64,000 bases of DNA from positions 62,124,001 to 62,188,000 of the forward strand of contig OX597820.1 of NCBI GenBank assembly GCA_951406725.2, written 5' to 3'. The translations under genes were made by a program, and so were the position numbers. How positions within the stretch are numbered: position 1 is the stretch's first letter; each line of letters opens with the position of its first letter. This DNA comes from Octopus vulgaris. Taxonomy: Eukaryota. Positions 27,130-41,291 of this stretch are shown piece by piece. Below the pieces are notes generated by a model. The model was given only the letters and a program-made list of their open reading frames with translations, made no database searches and was not told the DNA's origin.

Positions 27130-27600
27130 TAAAATCGCGGTTGAGGTGAGTAAAATTTCGCAGAACTGGAATGCCACATACCTGTCCAAAGGTGGGTATT
27201 GTAGTACGTAATGAAAATAATTATAAGAGACATGGTCCCATATATTGATACTAAAGTTGGTAATTTTGCTTGGTTTCATATTTATATTCAATAGGAAGTG
27301 ATAAAACAGTACTGACACGTAGTTGTATGTCGTTGTATATGGGCTGCATGGACATCTAGATCCCGAGGAATCTGAAGACAACAAAGATTTAAATCCGTTA
27401 GTGATCAGCGAGTAAAATTGTCGCTCAGGACATCTGGTGGACGTGTGTCAGTAAAAGACTCCTTGAGACTTCCTGCCCCCGCCCCGCAAAAAATCTGGAA
27501 AATCTGGAGAATAAAAAGAAAACGGCAACAAGACCAGCAGTCCTTGGAGACATAGATGCTACTGTACACAGCTTTGCAAACGTTGAATCCCATTAACTCT
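27130..27600 (+). pseudogene. Highly decayed R4/Dong-like restriction-like endonuclease C-terminus
   Basis: Scattered WFHIY, MDI, CVSKRL and AVLGD pieces resembling WDF.I.TD / G.V.K.L / KTAxLGT motifs. Confidence 0.3.
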
Positions 27601-28103
27601 TGAATGTGTGATATTAATACACTATCATTAAATATGACGTTATTACTTTCAAAATTAAAACATTAATTTCCTCCACCGATTTTTAAAACAGACACTTTTA
27701 AATATGGACATATTGAAAAAAAAAATCCTCAAAAATGACACAATATATTAGCAATATTATTTAAATTTCACAATAAAATTGACAGTTCTGGGATATCATT
27801 TTATCTCAGAATCTCGTTGAACTATTCATTGTTAAGTTAATTCAAACAACTCCAGAATATAATATTCAATAATTCTATAAATCCAATGACGTCAGAGGAT
27901 TGAGAAAAAAAGTGACATTTAAAGAAGCGTCATCTTTTTCATTTGGTTTTTATTCATTGATTGATTTATTTTTTTGGCTCACTTTTTTCTCTTTTTTTTC
28001 GTTTTCTTTCTATTGTATTCGCTCTCTATTCGACCTACAACTGATGCAGAGCAGCAGAAATGGAAAGAATGAACAGCAGACACTGACGAAAACAGCAGCA
28101 GCA

Positions 28104-28290
28104 GTGGAGGCGCAAAAGACCAGTGGTTAGGGCAGCGGACTCGGGGTCGTAAGAACGCGGTTTCTATTTCTAGACCGGGCATTGTGAGTGTTTATTGAAC
28201 AAAAACACCTATACTCCACGAGGCCCCGGTGGTGAAGGGGTTGTGAGCACCGCTGTACTCTTTCACCACAACTTTCTCTCATTCTTCATA
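28104..28290 (+). mobile_element. tRNA-derived SINE family C, 5' part
   Basis: gtggaggcgca...cagtggttagggcagcggactcg...ggtttctatt A/B boxes; reverse complement of 44300-44486. Confidence 0.85.
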
Positions 28291-28566
28291 TTTCTGCTAC
28301 AAAGCAGAGGAACCATGGTATAACCCACTATGGTGTGGTAGACTTTCAGAACCTAGTCTAGATTGCAAATCCTCTGTACCCCAGGATGGTTCAGCTCTCC
28401 ACCCGCTAAAAGCCACCGTTTACGGAATGAGAATAACAACGTAGCTTTCGCGCCCGTGCAACCGCCAGTCTATCGCGTGAGGTGGGTGGATCTTCAAGAT
28501 GCCAAACGCATTCTTAGTAGCTTAGAGTAGGCTCGAATTAGAGATTATTCTTTGTGGCTAAGGCGT

Positions 28567-28628
28567 GAAGAAGAAGAAGAAGAAGAAGAAGAAGAAGAAG
28601 AAGAAGAAGAAGAAGAAGAAGAAGAAGA
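28567..28628. repeat. (GAA)n microsatellite
   Basis: Perfect run after ggctaaggcgt. Confidence 0.95.
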
Positions 28629-28819
28629 GCATCAGCATCAGCAGCAGCAGCAGGAGAGAGAAACAGAATCAGAGGTAGGATGACACAAATATAATATAAA
28701 CTAACATTGACATCGATCCACTGACATCATCGTCATCATTACCTCCAAATATTGATTGATCTGATTCTACTAAGGCTTTTGATTGTTCTATGTTTCCCCC
28801 ATGCCAATTTTCCTTATCC

Positions 28820-29100
28820 ACTTACTATGATGTATTGCGTTAGCTGGAGTTTATCGTGGATAGATCTTCTCAAGATGGGGCAAAAACTGAGTTTATCCGC
28901 CATTTGTGGTCTACTTATTAGAGACGTCTTTCAGTATCGCCGCAATTTCTCGACTAACAGAAACGTGGATTCTCTATTTCTCATGCCAACCCGGCAACAG
29001 ATCCATCTCTATTGTACACAAGCAGAAAAGTGGCCTTTGGCTGGCATGGTCCCGCCTATTTAGATATAAGTTTGAAAGCTCATCGATTTCTCCCGGCTGA
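28820..29100 (-). pseudogene. Decayed mariner transposase HTH region
   Basis: Minus-strand ENPRVSVSREIAAILKDVS resembles the second mariner HTH. Confidence 0.35.
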
Positions 29101-29199
29101 AGTGTGTTGCTGTATACACCTGTACTGTTCCAGGGTGGCTCGCTTTTATATCCGAAGGGTGTTGGACACCATGAAAGTGACGACGTGATTCACACACGC

Positions 29200-29247
<48 letters not shown>

Positions 29248-29484
29248 GCGCGCGCACATATGCTTTTTATACACTAAACAGGGTGAATTAGAAGCTCTGA
29301 AATAAACTTAATTGCTACAAACTGTAGCAACATGTACCGACCAGCGTCTGATGTGCATAAAAGAAGGATGGGTAGAACCCCTTAAAGGATCATTTCCCGG
29401 TTAACACGCAAGCAGCAACCAACACTCTTCTCTCTCAATATAATTATCATTATGTATGCATATATATATGTACGTATATATATG

Positions 29485-29518
<34 letters not shown>

Positions 29519-29521
<3 letters not shown>

Positions 29522-29678
29522 TCTTTATTTTCTCTCCTTGTTACTGTGTTCCTTTCTGTGTGGAAGAGCGTAGGCTCGAAACCAAAAAGACTTTTTCACT
29601 TCCCGAGTGTTATACTAATGCATCTGTTTGTTGTCTACACAACATGTCTTCGTCGTTTGCTTTTTTCTTTGTGAATTC

Positions 29679-29683
<5 letters not shown>
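29519..29683 (+). mobile_element. Solo Penelope-type terminal repeat with hammerhead-like motif, between (TA)n tracts
   Basis: ctttctgtgtggaaGAGCgtagGCTCGAAAC; closely similar copies at 41684-41848 and 31910-32040 (minus). Confidence 0.75.
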
Positions 29684-29713
<30 letters not shown>

Positions 29714-29722
29714 GCATGAATA

Positions 29723-30690
29723 CAGTGTGCGTCGAAGAAATTGTCACCTAGATAATTTAAAAATGAAAATAACATTTTTTTTTATTTTAACAGATATATT
29801 TACCAATATTACATAAAAATATCTTGAAATACTGGTGGTGCCCCAGCATAGCCACAGCTCGTAAGCTGAAACTAGATAAAGATAAAGATAAAGAAGATAG
29901 TGAAAAATAAATTTATTCAATAAACTCGTCATCGGGTTTCAACCACGACCTCTAGGCGACTTCGGAATCTCCTGCAACACTTCTGGACAATCTTCTTGTT
30001 TAAGTTGGTGAATACTGTCATAATCCTTGCCTTCAGTTCATCTTTGATGTTACCAGGAGTATTGTTGGTCTCTCGCTCAACTGCATCCTACTCATAATAA
30101 ACAAGAGTGTTTTAGTCGGGGGAGTTAGGTGGCCAGATGTTAGGGGTGATAGAGTCGCAGAAATTGTCTGAGAGCCACGACTGGGTTCTCCTGCATGTGT
30201 GGTATGGTGCAGAGGCATGTTGGCAGACACAGGGTCTTTCAATAGTTACTCTCTAGACCCAGGGTGGCACAACCTCTGCCGGGTACTTGATGTAGGTCTC
30301 CGGAGGCATAACGTTGCCATCACTAAATATCACACTAAACACCATGAGGTTGATTGGATGTTTGATTCTTATCACTCTCGTTACATGTTCTGGGGATACG
30401 GGAAGCAAACGGTTGTTGTCCATCTGATGCTGGCAGAAATTTTTCTCGTCTGAAAAAACCAAAGCATGTTCAAAAGCTTCATTGCGCGGTCTTTCCTCTT
30501 CTCCTTGATGGCTTCGAATAAAAATTGGCCCTTTATCATCTTGTACGAGGAATACTGAATGTCTCTCACGTGGTTTAGAGTTGTTTTGACTCTTATTTCT
30601 AGCAATGCTGGCGCCTGCTACCACTCTCCATCACTTTAGTGATGACTGTACTTGTTACCTTTCGGTTTAAAATTACGAATAACTGCCTTA
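29723..30690 (-). mobile_element. maT (DD37D) transposon relic, internally deleted
   Basis: FSDEKNFCQ, MVFSVIFSDGNVMPP, WPPNSP; terminus cagtgtgcgtcgaagaaattgtcacct after TA; short SINE-like tail nested near 29832-29895. Confidence 0.85.
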
Positions 30691-30698
30691 ATAATCTA

Positions 30699-30819
<121 letters not shown>

Positions 30820-31909
30820 GAACTAAACAAGGGGAAAGCCTACTCTGTGGAATACTAACCAGATAAAAGTATTAATAAAATGACGAAAAAATAAACATTA
30901 GGTATTTGAAGATTTAGGAAACATGAATTTCGTTCAATGAACTGACAAGATTACACAACTGTTTGGTAAAATTATGCAATGTTACCGACTCACAATACAC
31001 ATACTATACACAAACACAGGCACACACACACATATACACATGCACACTCACACACACATCACATATACATACTTGCTCAACACACACATACGCCTGGTTT
31101 TATATTTTCGAATACCAATTTCCACTAAGAACTCGTTGCTCCACTCGAGAGTATGACAGAAGACACTGGCAGTAATTTGTCGTAGAAGGGAACTCGTGTT
31201 CTCATGTTTTTGAAGATAACTTTTTAATCAAACACCTATACTTGGATTACTAAAATAAATAATCATTATACAAACTGCCATTCAGTTTTCAGGAAGTTGA
31301 GTTAAATTAAATATGAACCATTGGTATCCTAAAGAAATTCCACTTTTGCATGTTTATGTCAATCATTACGAAATCAATCACTCTTTGGTTCGGTAAATAC
31401 AACAATCCGATAACGTAAATCTCACCTTTCAGGAAATTGTTGGCACTGGTCATTCCAACCTGAAAGACATCTATCACCCATGTCAACACTTCCAAACGAG
31501 ATTTTGCTTTTAAACGAGTTAATTTAGAAACAGCATTTACACTCTTGTTGCACACATCCTGTATGAACGATTAACCAGAAGGCCTCGGAGGACAAGTGTA
31601 TGTATTTATCATTCTGTTCTCTATCGCTGATTTCATTTCCTTATATGAACAAGAAGCAAGCTATCTTGCCTTCTATATTTAACGTTTGTATTCTTGCAAA
31701 CCAAATTTCGATGTATCCACTACGCTACCTTTTTTAATGTCTTTGTCAAGAGAAATGTCAGCGTTAATAATGATGGTTACGTGGATGAGGAGATGGACCG
31801 AAAGTTCAAGAAGACAGGAAAGATGAGAGTCCAAGAACGGACGAAGTTCAGTCAGACATGATCAAACTGGGGTGACCACGTGAACGTATGTAATATCTAG
31901 TCCAAATTT

Positions 31910-32830
31910 ATAGAAAACAAACGTCGAAGACGAGTGAGAGAACAAGCAGCAGGTGCATCAGTTTAACATTCGGGGAGAATCGAAAAGTCTTTGATGTTTC
32001 GAGCCTACGCTCTTCAACAGATAGAGTTGAGAAGTAAAAAATATGAAGTAGGAATAAAGAAAAAGGAGAGAGGAAAACATGAATGCAGATTAACGGTTCA
32101 ACAAGAAAGAGGCAGAGTAAAAATGAGATAATAACGGTGATCCGGCTGAAGTAGGGTGAGCAAGCGGTGTTTGTATGTGAGGATGCTACGATGAAAATGC
32201 GAAGGAAGATAGCAAAGAATACAAGAAACAAGGAAGGGAGGAAGAAGGGAACGGAGGAAGGAGGGAAACTATACTTAAATCGAAGTATTTGTCTAACTGC
32301 TTCTGCTAGAGTGATCCCAAATAAACTGCTACCACTGGAAATTATTGTTGATATTCTATTACTCTTGAGAACTGTAACTATGAGACTCTTACGATGCAAA
32401 TATATATTTATTGTAATATAGATTGAATCCACTGATCCAATGTAATCCACAAATACATACAGTGCATCCGTAATATTGAGGCCCGATTTGTATTCTAACA
32501 TATTTTGTTCTCGTTCTTTCTTTAAGTTCCTAATAAAGCTTGCCCGAGTAGACGCATTGCCAACTATCCCATCTTATCTATACCTTCAGGAAAATTCTTA
32601 TCTATAGCTTCACGAAACTGATAAGAGAGGTTAGATTTGATCTGCTTATCAAATGTAATGATAAGCCAAATTGTTTTACTAGAACCCACCTTGTTATTTG
32701 AGTAATTATCTTTAAAAGTCCTAGATTTATTTTTATTACGTATAAAGGGGAATAAAGAACGGTTATCTCCCTTACGTTGCAAAAATACATTTTTCGATTT
32801 ATTGTTATCACTCAAACTAAAATTTATATT
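31910..32830 (-). mobile_element. Decayed Naiad-type Penelope-like element 3' fragment with terminal hammerhead-like motif
   Basis: KTIWLIITFDKQIKSNLSYQFREAIDKNFP (IIWFNPPF..VKTN....IDKHFP-like) and DYIGS; CTGTTGAA-GAGC-gtag-GCTC-GAAAC-ATC at 31987-32024 (minus). Confidence 0.65.
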
Positions 32831-32840
32831 GTTATTACCG

Positions 32841-32914
<74 letters not shown>

Positions 32915-33011
32915 CTATACACACAATATATATACATATATATATATATTTATATATAAATAATATTTAGTAGATATACATACAGACATGTATGAATTCA
33001 TATAAAATATA

Positions 33012-33180
33012 TCCTTTCTGCTATAGGCACAAGGCCTGAAATTTCTGGGGAGTGGAGGGTAATCGGTCACATCGGCACCAAAACGCTACTGGTACCGCTT
33101 TCATCGACCCCGAAAGAATGAAAGGCAAATTCAAACTAGGCGGAATTTGGACTCAAAACGTAAAGAGCGACAAAATACCA
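33012..33180 (-). mobile_element. Degenerate SINE family B
   Basis: taggcacaaggcctgaaattt...atcgaccccgaaagaatgaaaggcaaa...ggcggaatttggactc. Confidence 0.75.
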
Positions 33181-33953
33181 TCATGCATTGAGAAGCTTGT
33201 GAGGTTATTATTTATTTGTGTACATTGTTACACACGCTTAAATAAAACAAGGATTTTTTCATATGCATTATATAATTTCTGTATCTGAAAACCTGCTGTT
33301 TCGACGTTATTTACAGTTTCAATACACAGTGATATTTAATCCACTAGAAAGAACACAAACGTTCAATCCACTAGCAACCGAACTGAAGAAATCACGCAAT
33401 GCTGAAACTGCCTATCTGCAAATATAGAGATTATTAAGCTTATATATGAAAGCAAAGATACCGTCTTTATTTATTTATATATTTGTCTGTAATAATATTC
33501 AAAAAACCTTTCTTCACATGAACTATCCCTATATAGAGAATAATATATTTTTCTGCAGATATCGTATGATAATCTTCATGTCTGTAAATAAGCTGTATTA
33601 GTATTAAGCGTTTCTTCAGATAGATTGCTAAAGGATTTTGAAGCATTATTTATTTACAAAGGAAGTTAATGTAGAAACAGCATATCTGCACATATAGGAA
33701 TTATATAAACACTAAAAGATAAAAATGTGCTATTTACGTATCTGTAACAAGTTGAAAAAAAAAACAGAAAGTGTTACGAACATCTCCTTACCTAAGAAGG
33801 AACATGTTATTTCGTACAGATGTATATCTACATACAATTCATTTCCTTGCCTCTTAATATTAGAAAACAAAAATACGCGCAAATGCTTCTCCCCCGCTTA
33901 TATAATATGAATGAACTAACACAATATTCAGTACAAAAGAATTTTTACTCATT

Positions 33954-34056
<103 letters not shown>

Positions 34057-34075
34057 CTGTATATATATATATGTA

Positions 34076-34117
<42 letters not shown>

Positions 34118-34154
34118 TGTATATATGTATATATATATATGTACATATATAATC

Positions 34155-35977
34155 ATTGTCTTTATCAGCGTCAGTTTAAAACTCATCTGCTCAAAAGGCA
34201 CCTGACAAACGTTCTTGTTCTCAGTTTGAAAAATAGCGAGCTAAATTAAAGCTTCGCCCAATAAATCCTGTGTTGCTATATTTAACAAGACTTGTGGTTT
34301 TAATATAACATTATCTTTACAATCTAAGCCGATCCAGTGCTAGTCTACTTGTTGAATCTTTATCACATACGTTATTGCTACCGTACTGGTGACCATCGCA
34401 GATTCTTAAGATTGTTGAGGGCTTAGCCAGTACATTCGAACGCTCTACGATACTAGTATCCTGTAGCACTATGAATGTCTTTCATATAGACTACTCTGTC
34501 AAAAGCATTCCTACACCACCACTTTACCTGAGGATGCTCACAGACAAAAGAATTCGTTAAAGCATTACGATGGAATGCCGTACAGTTTGACAGAGAATTA
34601 CCTATAGCAGACACTGAATATTTCTATATTAAACTACGGAAATTTCCTCCAAGAGTCAAAGCCCTTGTCTACTTCAAGACCGATGTGCTGAATCTCATTT
34701 CCATTTAGTAAGTACCCTTTCTCTAACCAATTTCAATCTAAATTTGCTAAAGATATATACGACTATTTAAAAACTCTAATAGTAAGTTTATATTTTCGGA
34801 CAAGACAAACAGTCTATACGAATTAGATGAAGATATACATAGTAAATTATTAACTAATACCATTACGGATAAATATAAGAGATTTGATATAAAGACGTAC
34901 AACGCTTTAAACATGGAGGCAAAAATCCTAGTAAATAGGTTTGATATAGCTAAGAGATGTGAATGTGTGGTCAAGAGGCTACATTTATTTCACTGAAGGA
35001 TTATAAATTTGACTTTCATAATAGACCAAAGTGCGGACTAATTAGCCCGGCTAAGACTGAACTAGATTTAACAAGCAAAGAAAAAAAAAGAAAGAAAATT
35101 AAAGAAACATTAATAATAAAATTAACGAATTCTTAGCCTGTTGCTATTGACTAATTTGTTTGTGATATCTTGATTCAAATCCATCCTCAATAAAGATAAT
35201 GCAAAATTCACACAGTTCAATATTGTGGATTTGTATCCGTCGCTATGCACGTGTAGAGACAAATCTAAATGTTCTCTAGAGCAGAAGTTCAATATATCTT
35301 ACGTTGTTTCTAAAGCACAAGATTAAGCGAACTATGCAATGGCCGTACAGGAAATCAAACATTATATCGAAGCCATGGAATGAAAATTTAAATCCAGGTA
35401 CAACAACCGTCTTTCGGATAGTAGGCAACGTAATAAGAGACATTCAACAACCATTTCGGCTTAAAGACGAAGGACACAATTTCAACGTCAAATAGAAAAT
35501 CTTCTCAAAATCCAGACCCTATATTAGCGAGTCCAAAAAGTGTTCAGTATTTTCTTCTGAAAAACTGTATGTCTTAAAAGCACTTGTGAGTCACCAACAA
35601 CTACATAAAATACAGGAACAAGGTTTTTTTTTCTGTATGACCTTATTTCAAAAAATACATCTTGTCGAAATTTAAAGCTAGACTACCGGACACTTTGTAC
35701 ACCATTAACATCTGGTTTACGTCTGCTTGACATCGAATTATTGTAAGGTTGGTTATCTTTCTTGTGTTTTGCTTTTCGTCTTCTTCTTTACAAGCGTCGC
35801 TTGTTTAAATGTCATCTGCTCAAAAGGCAAGTGACAAGCAGCCTTGTTCCCGGTATGAAAAAATGGAGAAATTAATTAATGTTTGGAGCAGGAAACCCTG
35901 GGTAGCTGTATTTAACAAGACTTGTGGTTTTTATTATAACATTATCATTACTCTCTAAAGCTGATTGAGTGCTAGTC
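34155..35977 (+). mobile_element. Naiad-type Penelope-like element with direct terminal repeats and an internal RT deletion
   Basis: ATG at 34471 (MNVFHIDYSVKSIP..LRWNA), SDKTNSLYE, FISLKDYK..RPKCGLISPAKTEL, QFNIVDLYPS fused to CTCRDKSKCSL..HYIEA..KFKSRYNN..SEKLY; direct repeats 34155-34347 and 35783-35977. Confidence 0.85.
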
Positions 35978-35997
35978 TCTCTCTCTCTCTCTCTCTG

Positions 35998-36057
<60 letters not shown>

Positions 36058-37420
36058 CTTGTTTCAGTCATTTGACTGTAGCTATATATTATTTAAAACA
36101 CTTTGATTCGGTTGCATGCTTCTTAGAGAAACTTGCCTCTTCGAGCTCAATAAACCGGATTCGCATGGGACCAAATGAAATTGCTTTAAATAATAACATA
36201 TGTAACTACTACTAAATGTGTTGAGTGCCTCTTCTGTCTTTCGTCCACTCACACGTACGCATACACGCGCGCGCACGCGCTCACTCACATAGAGAGAGAA
36301 CGCTTGAAGTGGGATACAGGTTTTTATATATTATGCAAAATGATTGAGTCAGAAGTTTTGATAAATATTTATTTGCGTTTTCATCTCGTTCGTTTCCAAG
36401 ACTCATCAAATATGATTTTTTACAGAAAATTTATAGCTTTTTAATGGAAAACTGAAAGAGAATGTTCTTTTGTTATCTGTATGTATGTGTAAATATATGC
36501 GTGCGTACAGATATGTGCATATCTAAGTGTGCGTATGCATGTGTGTGTACGCATGTGTGCGTGTCGTGAATTTTTGGGAGATCTGATTTACGAGAGAAAG
36601 AAAGAGAAACAAGGAAAGGAAGAAAAAGTGAACGAAAGAAAAACAAAAAGACAGAAACAAGGTCATAAATGAAAGAGAAAAAGAAGAAAGAAAGCAGAAA
36701 GAGACAAAGAGAGAGAGATAGGGAGAGAGAGAAATGAAGAAAGAAAGAATGAAAGAAGGAGAGAAAAGGGTATATCTTCTCAGATATCTTGTATTTTTTT
36801 ATGGTCAGTTGATTCACAGGTGTTGGAAGTTAGTGAAGTTTCAAGATGTCAGTTTTTTTAGTTATTGTTTTGGAGACATCTTTCTCTCCTTCTTTATCCC
36901 TCTCTCCCTCTCTTTCCCTCTCTCTTCCGCTCTCTCCCATCCCCCCTCTCTCTCTCTGGCTTTCTTTCTGTGCATACATGTATGTGTTAATGTGCATGCG
37001 TGGTGAATAATTTGGAAGATTGTTTAGAGGAAAAAGAAAGACAGGTGGGAAGACATGATGAAGGACAACAAAGAAAGAAAGACAACAGAAAGGAAACGGA
37101 GAGAAAGAAAGAAAGAAAGAACGAAAGGGGCTCCCGGGATGATTTAAACTGTATTGTATCTATATGATTAGCTTCTTGAAGTAAATGACATGTAAAAATG
37201 TCAGCCTTGTTTTAGACATTGTTTTGAAAACATCTCTCTCTTTTATTGCACACATATTAACGTGTATGTAACTACACACACACATATTCACATTTATACA
37301 CACACACACGCAATGTACATACTATATAATACAATATTATATATACATACACACATACATTCACCTATCCTCACACACATGCATATATTATGTATACACA
37401 CATTATACATGCATACATAT

Positions 37421-37986
37421 TGTTACGAACGAAAACAAATTATTTTAAGATACTTTTTCGTTCGTACAACGCCGAATTAGAATAGTCCTTTTATTTCCTC
37501 TCAGATGTGGGGCTCCTTTGGAATACTCGGCTAGTGGCTGCCCCTTAACACCAGCCCTTTCTAGTTTTATGTCTTTGCTTTGTCTTCTGTCACCTTCTCC
37601 CTACTATCCTTCTTTCGTGTAGGGCAGTCCAAACTGAGATGTCCCTTTTCATCACATATCCAGCACTCCTTCCTAAGTGCGAACATTTTACTACCATCCT
37701 GCCTTTGCTCTCATTCTAGGCCGTAACAGTCTTTCATCTTGTGTCCTGGCTTCCCACAGTGCCAACAATTTATTACGACCATCTCTTGTTCTTTCTTCTT
37801 CAAACAGCTTCCTCTTTTACTTCCAATCTTTTCACTGTACCAACATATTTCATTAATCTTCTTGCTTAACACACTTGAACCTTCCTTGCTTTGAACCCGG
37901 AACTGTAGTCCATCTGGAATCTCAGCTATCGGAAACAGACTGTTGGAGTCTGTTGGCGGTGTTGGGAGGCCGTGTGGTGCGTAACA
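37421..37986 (-). mobile_element. Deleted LTR-retrotransposon remnant with two gag CCHC zinc knuckles
   Basis: CWHCGKPGHKMKDC and, after an in-frame stop, CWICDEKGHLSLDC; element bounded by tgttacg...cgtaaca. Confidence 0.75.
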
Positions 37987-38910
37987 AAATAAACATATAT
38001 ATATACATTCGTATACATATACATACACACACACGCACAGGTGCACACATCTCTATGTATGTAAATAGATTTTATACCATTAAAATAGTTTGAGAGTTAG
38101 TCGAAGATTGAAAATGTTATTCATAAAAGCTTTAAGCAAGTATGGATGAAGTCACGATTAGAAAATATGAAAGAAATCCAAAACGTCGAAATCAGATTTA
38201 AAATCTAAATATACACTGGCTTCAATGTCTATTAGTCGCATACAAAACTAATATACTTGGTTTGAGTACAGAGTAATTATTAAAGTAGTCGGATTTTATT
38301 ATTTCACTCCTAAACCATGTGTAATTTCAACCACATTTTCCTCAAAAGTTAGCTAGACACATTACTTGTATGAGTTAACTATATAAAATAATGTTCATAG
38401 CTTGTTCAATTTTGGTGAGTGTCCAAATACATTACCCTTGCTATAGATGTTGACAATTCTTTTTAAAAATCCAGTAATGCGATTTTTATTATATGTTTAG
38501 TTCACGTAAAAACGTTTCATAAAATACAAATAAATGCTTTCCAGCACTTTGAGTAATCCATTTGGCATTTGCAGAAAAGGAAGATCTTAAATTTGCTCTT
38601 ACACAAGTTTCCAGAGGTTTAGCCAACGGAATCTTGCGGAATGCTTTATGTCAGATGTGCTGTTTGTGGATTCTTGCACGTTGGCAAAGGAATCTGTTGG
38701 TTTTGTCAATATAATTTATTTGAAATTGAAGTGGGATATGCAGTATATGAGATTCTGTGTCTTGCAGTTCCTATCTGCATTTTCTTTGAATGAGAAGCGA
38801 CTTTTAAATTCATATGGGAACCACTGTCCAGATGTTTTCTGTAAAAAATCGTACCACTAGACTTCTGAATTTGTTCCTTTATTTATACATACTTCTCCCT
38901 CTATATATAT

Positions 38911-38968
<58 letters not shown>

Positions 38969-39851
38969 TATACATATATCTATAATCTAATCATCTCTCT
39001 CTCTTTCTGTCTTTCTCCCTTCTCTTCCTCTCCCCCTCTCTCTCTCTTTCTCTCTCTCTATCTATCTATCTATCTATCTATATATATATATATATATATA
39101 TATACAGATGCATAGATGCATAGATACATACATATTTTATAATTTAGTTAATCTGACGTCGAATACGGTACATGAGTTTCACGCCATCGCTGTCCTCGTG
39201 CGAGGACTGTGAGAACGCAGTTTGTTAGTTTATTCATATATTTTGGTGTTGATGTAATCTCTCCATTTTTTGTTGTTGTTCTTTGCTGTTTATCTTTTAT
39301 CGTTTGCATTGTCATTGGCTATTTTCTGAGTTATCACGAATGTTTTTGATGCATTTGTTGATGAGGTGTTAACGTTTTTACTTGTTTTTGTTTTTTAAAC
39401 TTACTCTTACATCAGTTGATTGTGGTTATATGCGAATTATTAATTGATTTGTCTTTGTAGATGTTATTTTCGGATGGCTTATATCTTTCGATTTGAAGAT
39501 GGCTCGTTTGGGAGTGTGGAGTTTGTGAACTAATTAAAGATATACGCATTTATGGAGAAATTTCACATGCTGATTCAAATCATCGTTCATACATACACAT
39601 GCACACATATATAAATGCAATACATACATACATATGTACATACACATCCATCCATACATACGTACGTACATACGTACGTACATACATACGTACGTACATA
39701 CATACGTACGTACATACATACATACATGAGCATGTCTAGATATGCAACTATATGCATGAGAATACATACATAAAACATACAAATCTGCATATACATATAT
39801 GCATACATTCATACATACATTCATACATACATGTATGTATGTATACAAAAA

Positions 39852-39955
39852 TACCGTTGTTGATGTTGAAATTCCAATGCAGGAGCCTTGGATTTAGGTT
39901 AGAAACCGGGTCTTTCGCTATTGGTAAGAAATCTCGAAATAAATTGAATAATGAC
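39852..39955 (+). mobile_element. Short Penelope-type terminal module within (ATAC)n
   Basis: gcct...aggt-tagaaaccgg closed by ccaat/attgg, then aataaa; truncated second copy at 56788-56843. Confidence 0.45.
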
Positions 39956-40058
39956 ATACATACATACACCCATATATATACACGAATATATATTCACAAA
40001 TACACGTACACCGCGTAAAGACATAATAATATATAACTACACGCACACATATATATAT

Positions 40059-40446
40059 CTTTTACTTGTTTCAGTCATTTGACTGTGGCCACGCGGAAGC
40101 ACCGCCTTTAGTCGATCAAATCGACTTATTCTTTGTAAGCCTAGTACTTATTCTATCGGTCTCTTTTGCCGAACCATTAAGTTATGGGGTCGTAAACACA
40201 CCACCATCGGTTGTCAAGCGATGTTGGGGGGACAAACACAGACACAGAGACACACATACATATATATGTATACATATATACGACGGGCTTCTTTCCGTTT
40301 CCGTCTGCCAAATCCACTCACAAGGGATTGGTCAGCCCGAGGCTATAGCAGAAGACACTTGCCCAAGGTGCCACGCATTGGGACTGAACCCGGAACCATG
40401 TGGTTCGTAAGCAAGCCACTTGCCACACAGCCACTCCTAGGCTCCT
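40059..40446 (-). mobile_element. Full-length SINE family A
   Basis: Reverse complement of 63667-64000 plus the complete tail. Confidence 0.92.
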
Positions 40447-40515
40447 ATATACGTATATATATACAGATATATATATACAGATATATATATATCTATATGT
40501 ATATATATATATGTA

Positions 40516-40566
<51 letters not shown>

Positions 40567-40567
40567 G

Positions 40568-40599
<32 letters not shown>

Positions 40600-40621
40600 T
40601 GTATATATATACTTATATATA

Positions 40622-40736
<115 letters not shown>

Positions 40737-41291
40737 GCGAACGTACACGTACATTGATTCACTCATACACACAGAGACACAAACGCATATGTGTATGTGT
40801 AAATACGTGCTCAGAAGTATATTGATATATTTGTGTATATATGTATATATCTACATACATACACACATACATACATACATGCATACATACATGCATGCAT
40901 ACATTCACACATAATGCATACACATACTCACATACACTCACACACACACACATACACTCACATATATCCTAACATGCATGCTCTCAAATAAACCTTTTTA
41001 CAGATCAACAACACACGTCTGGATATCATCGCAGCTAATTAAATCGAAAAGTGACTTTCTCATTTTAATCTGTTGAAGATCTCTGGAAGCGATGAAAGCA
41101 GGGGGAAACGAGAGCGCAAAGGAAATTATTTATGGGACACTGCAGACATTCCACTGGTTTGCATAATAGGTTGGGTAATACACATGAACCCTACTTAAAT
41201 TGTCTGTAACCGCATACCTTCCGGTTACAAAGAAATTGCTTGTCTTGTCAGATCGAAGAACATTTAGTAAACAATGATAAGCGCAAATGTA

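Noticed and set aside
35850-35890. SECIS element in the Naiad terminal repeat (ATGA..AAA..GGAG)
   Set aside because: The helix pairs poorly, is not conserved in the 5' repeat, and the visible zinc-motif Cys codons are TGC/TGT rather than TGA
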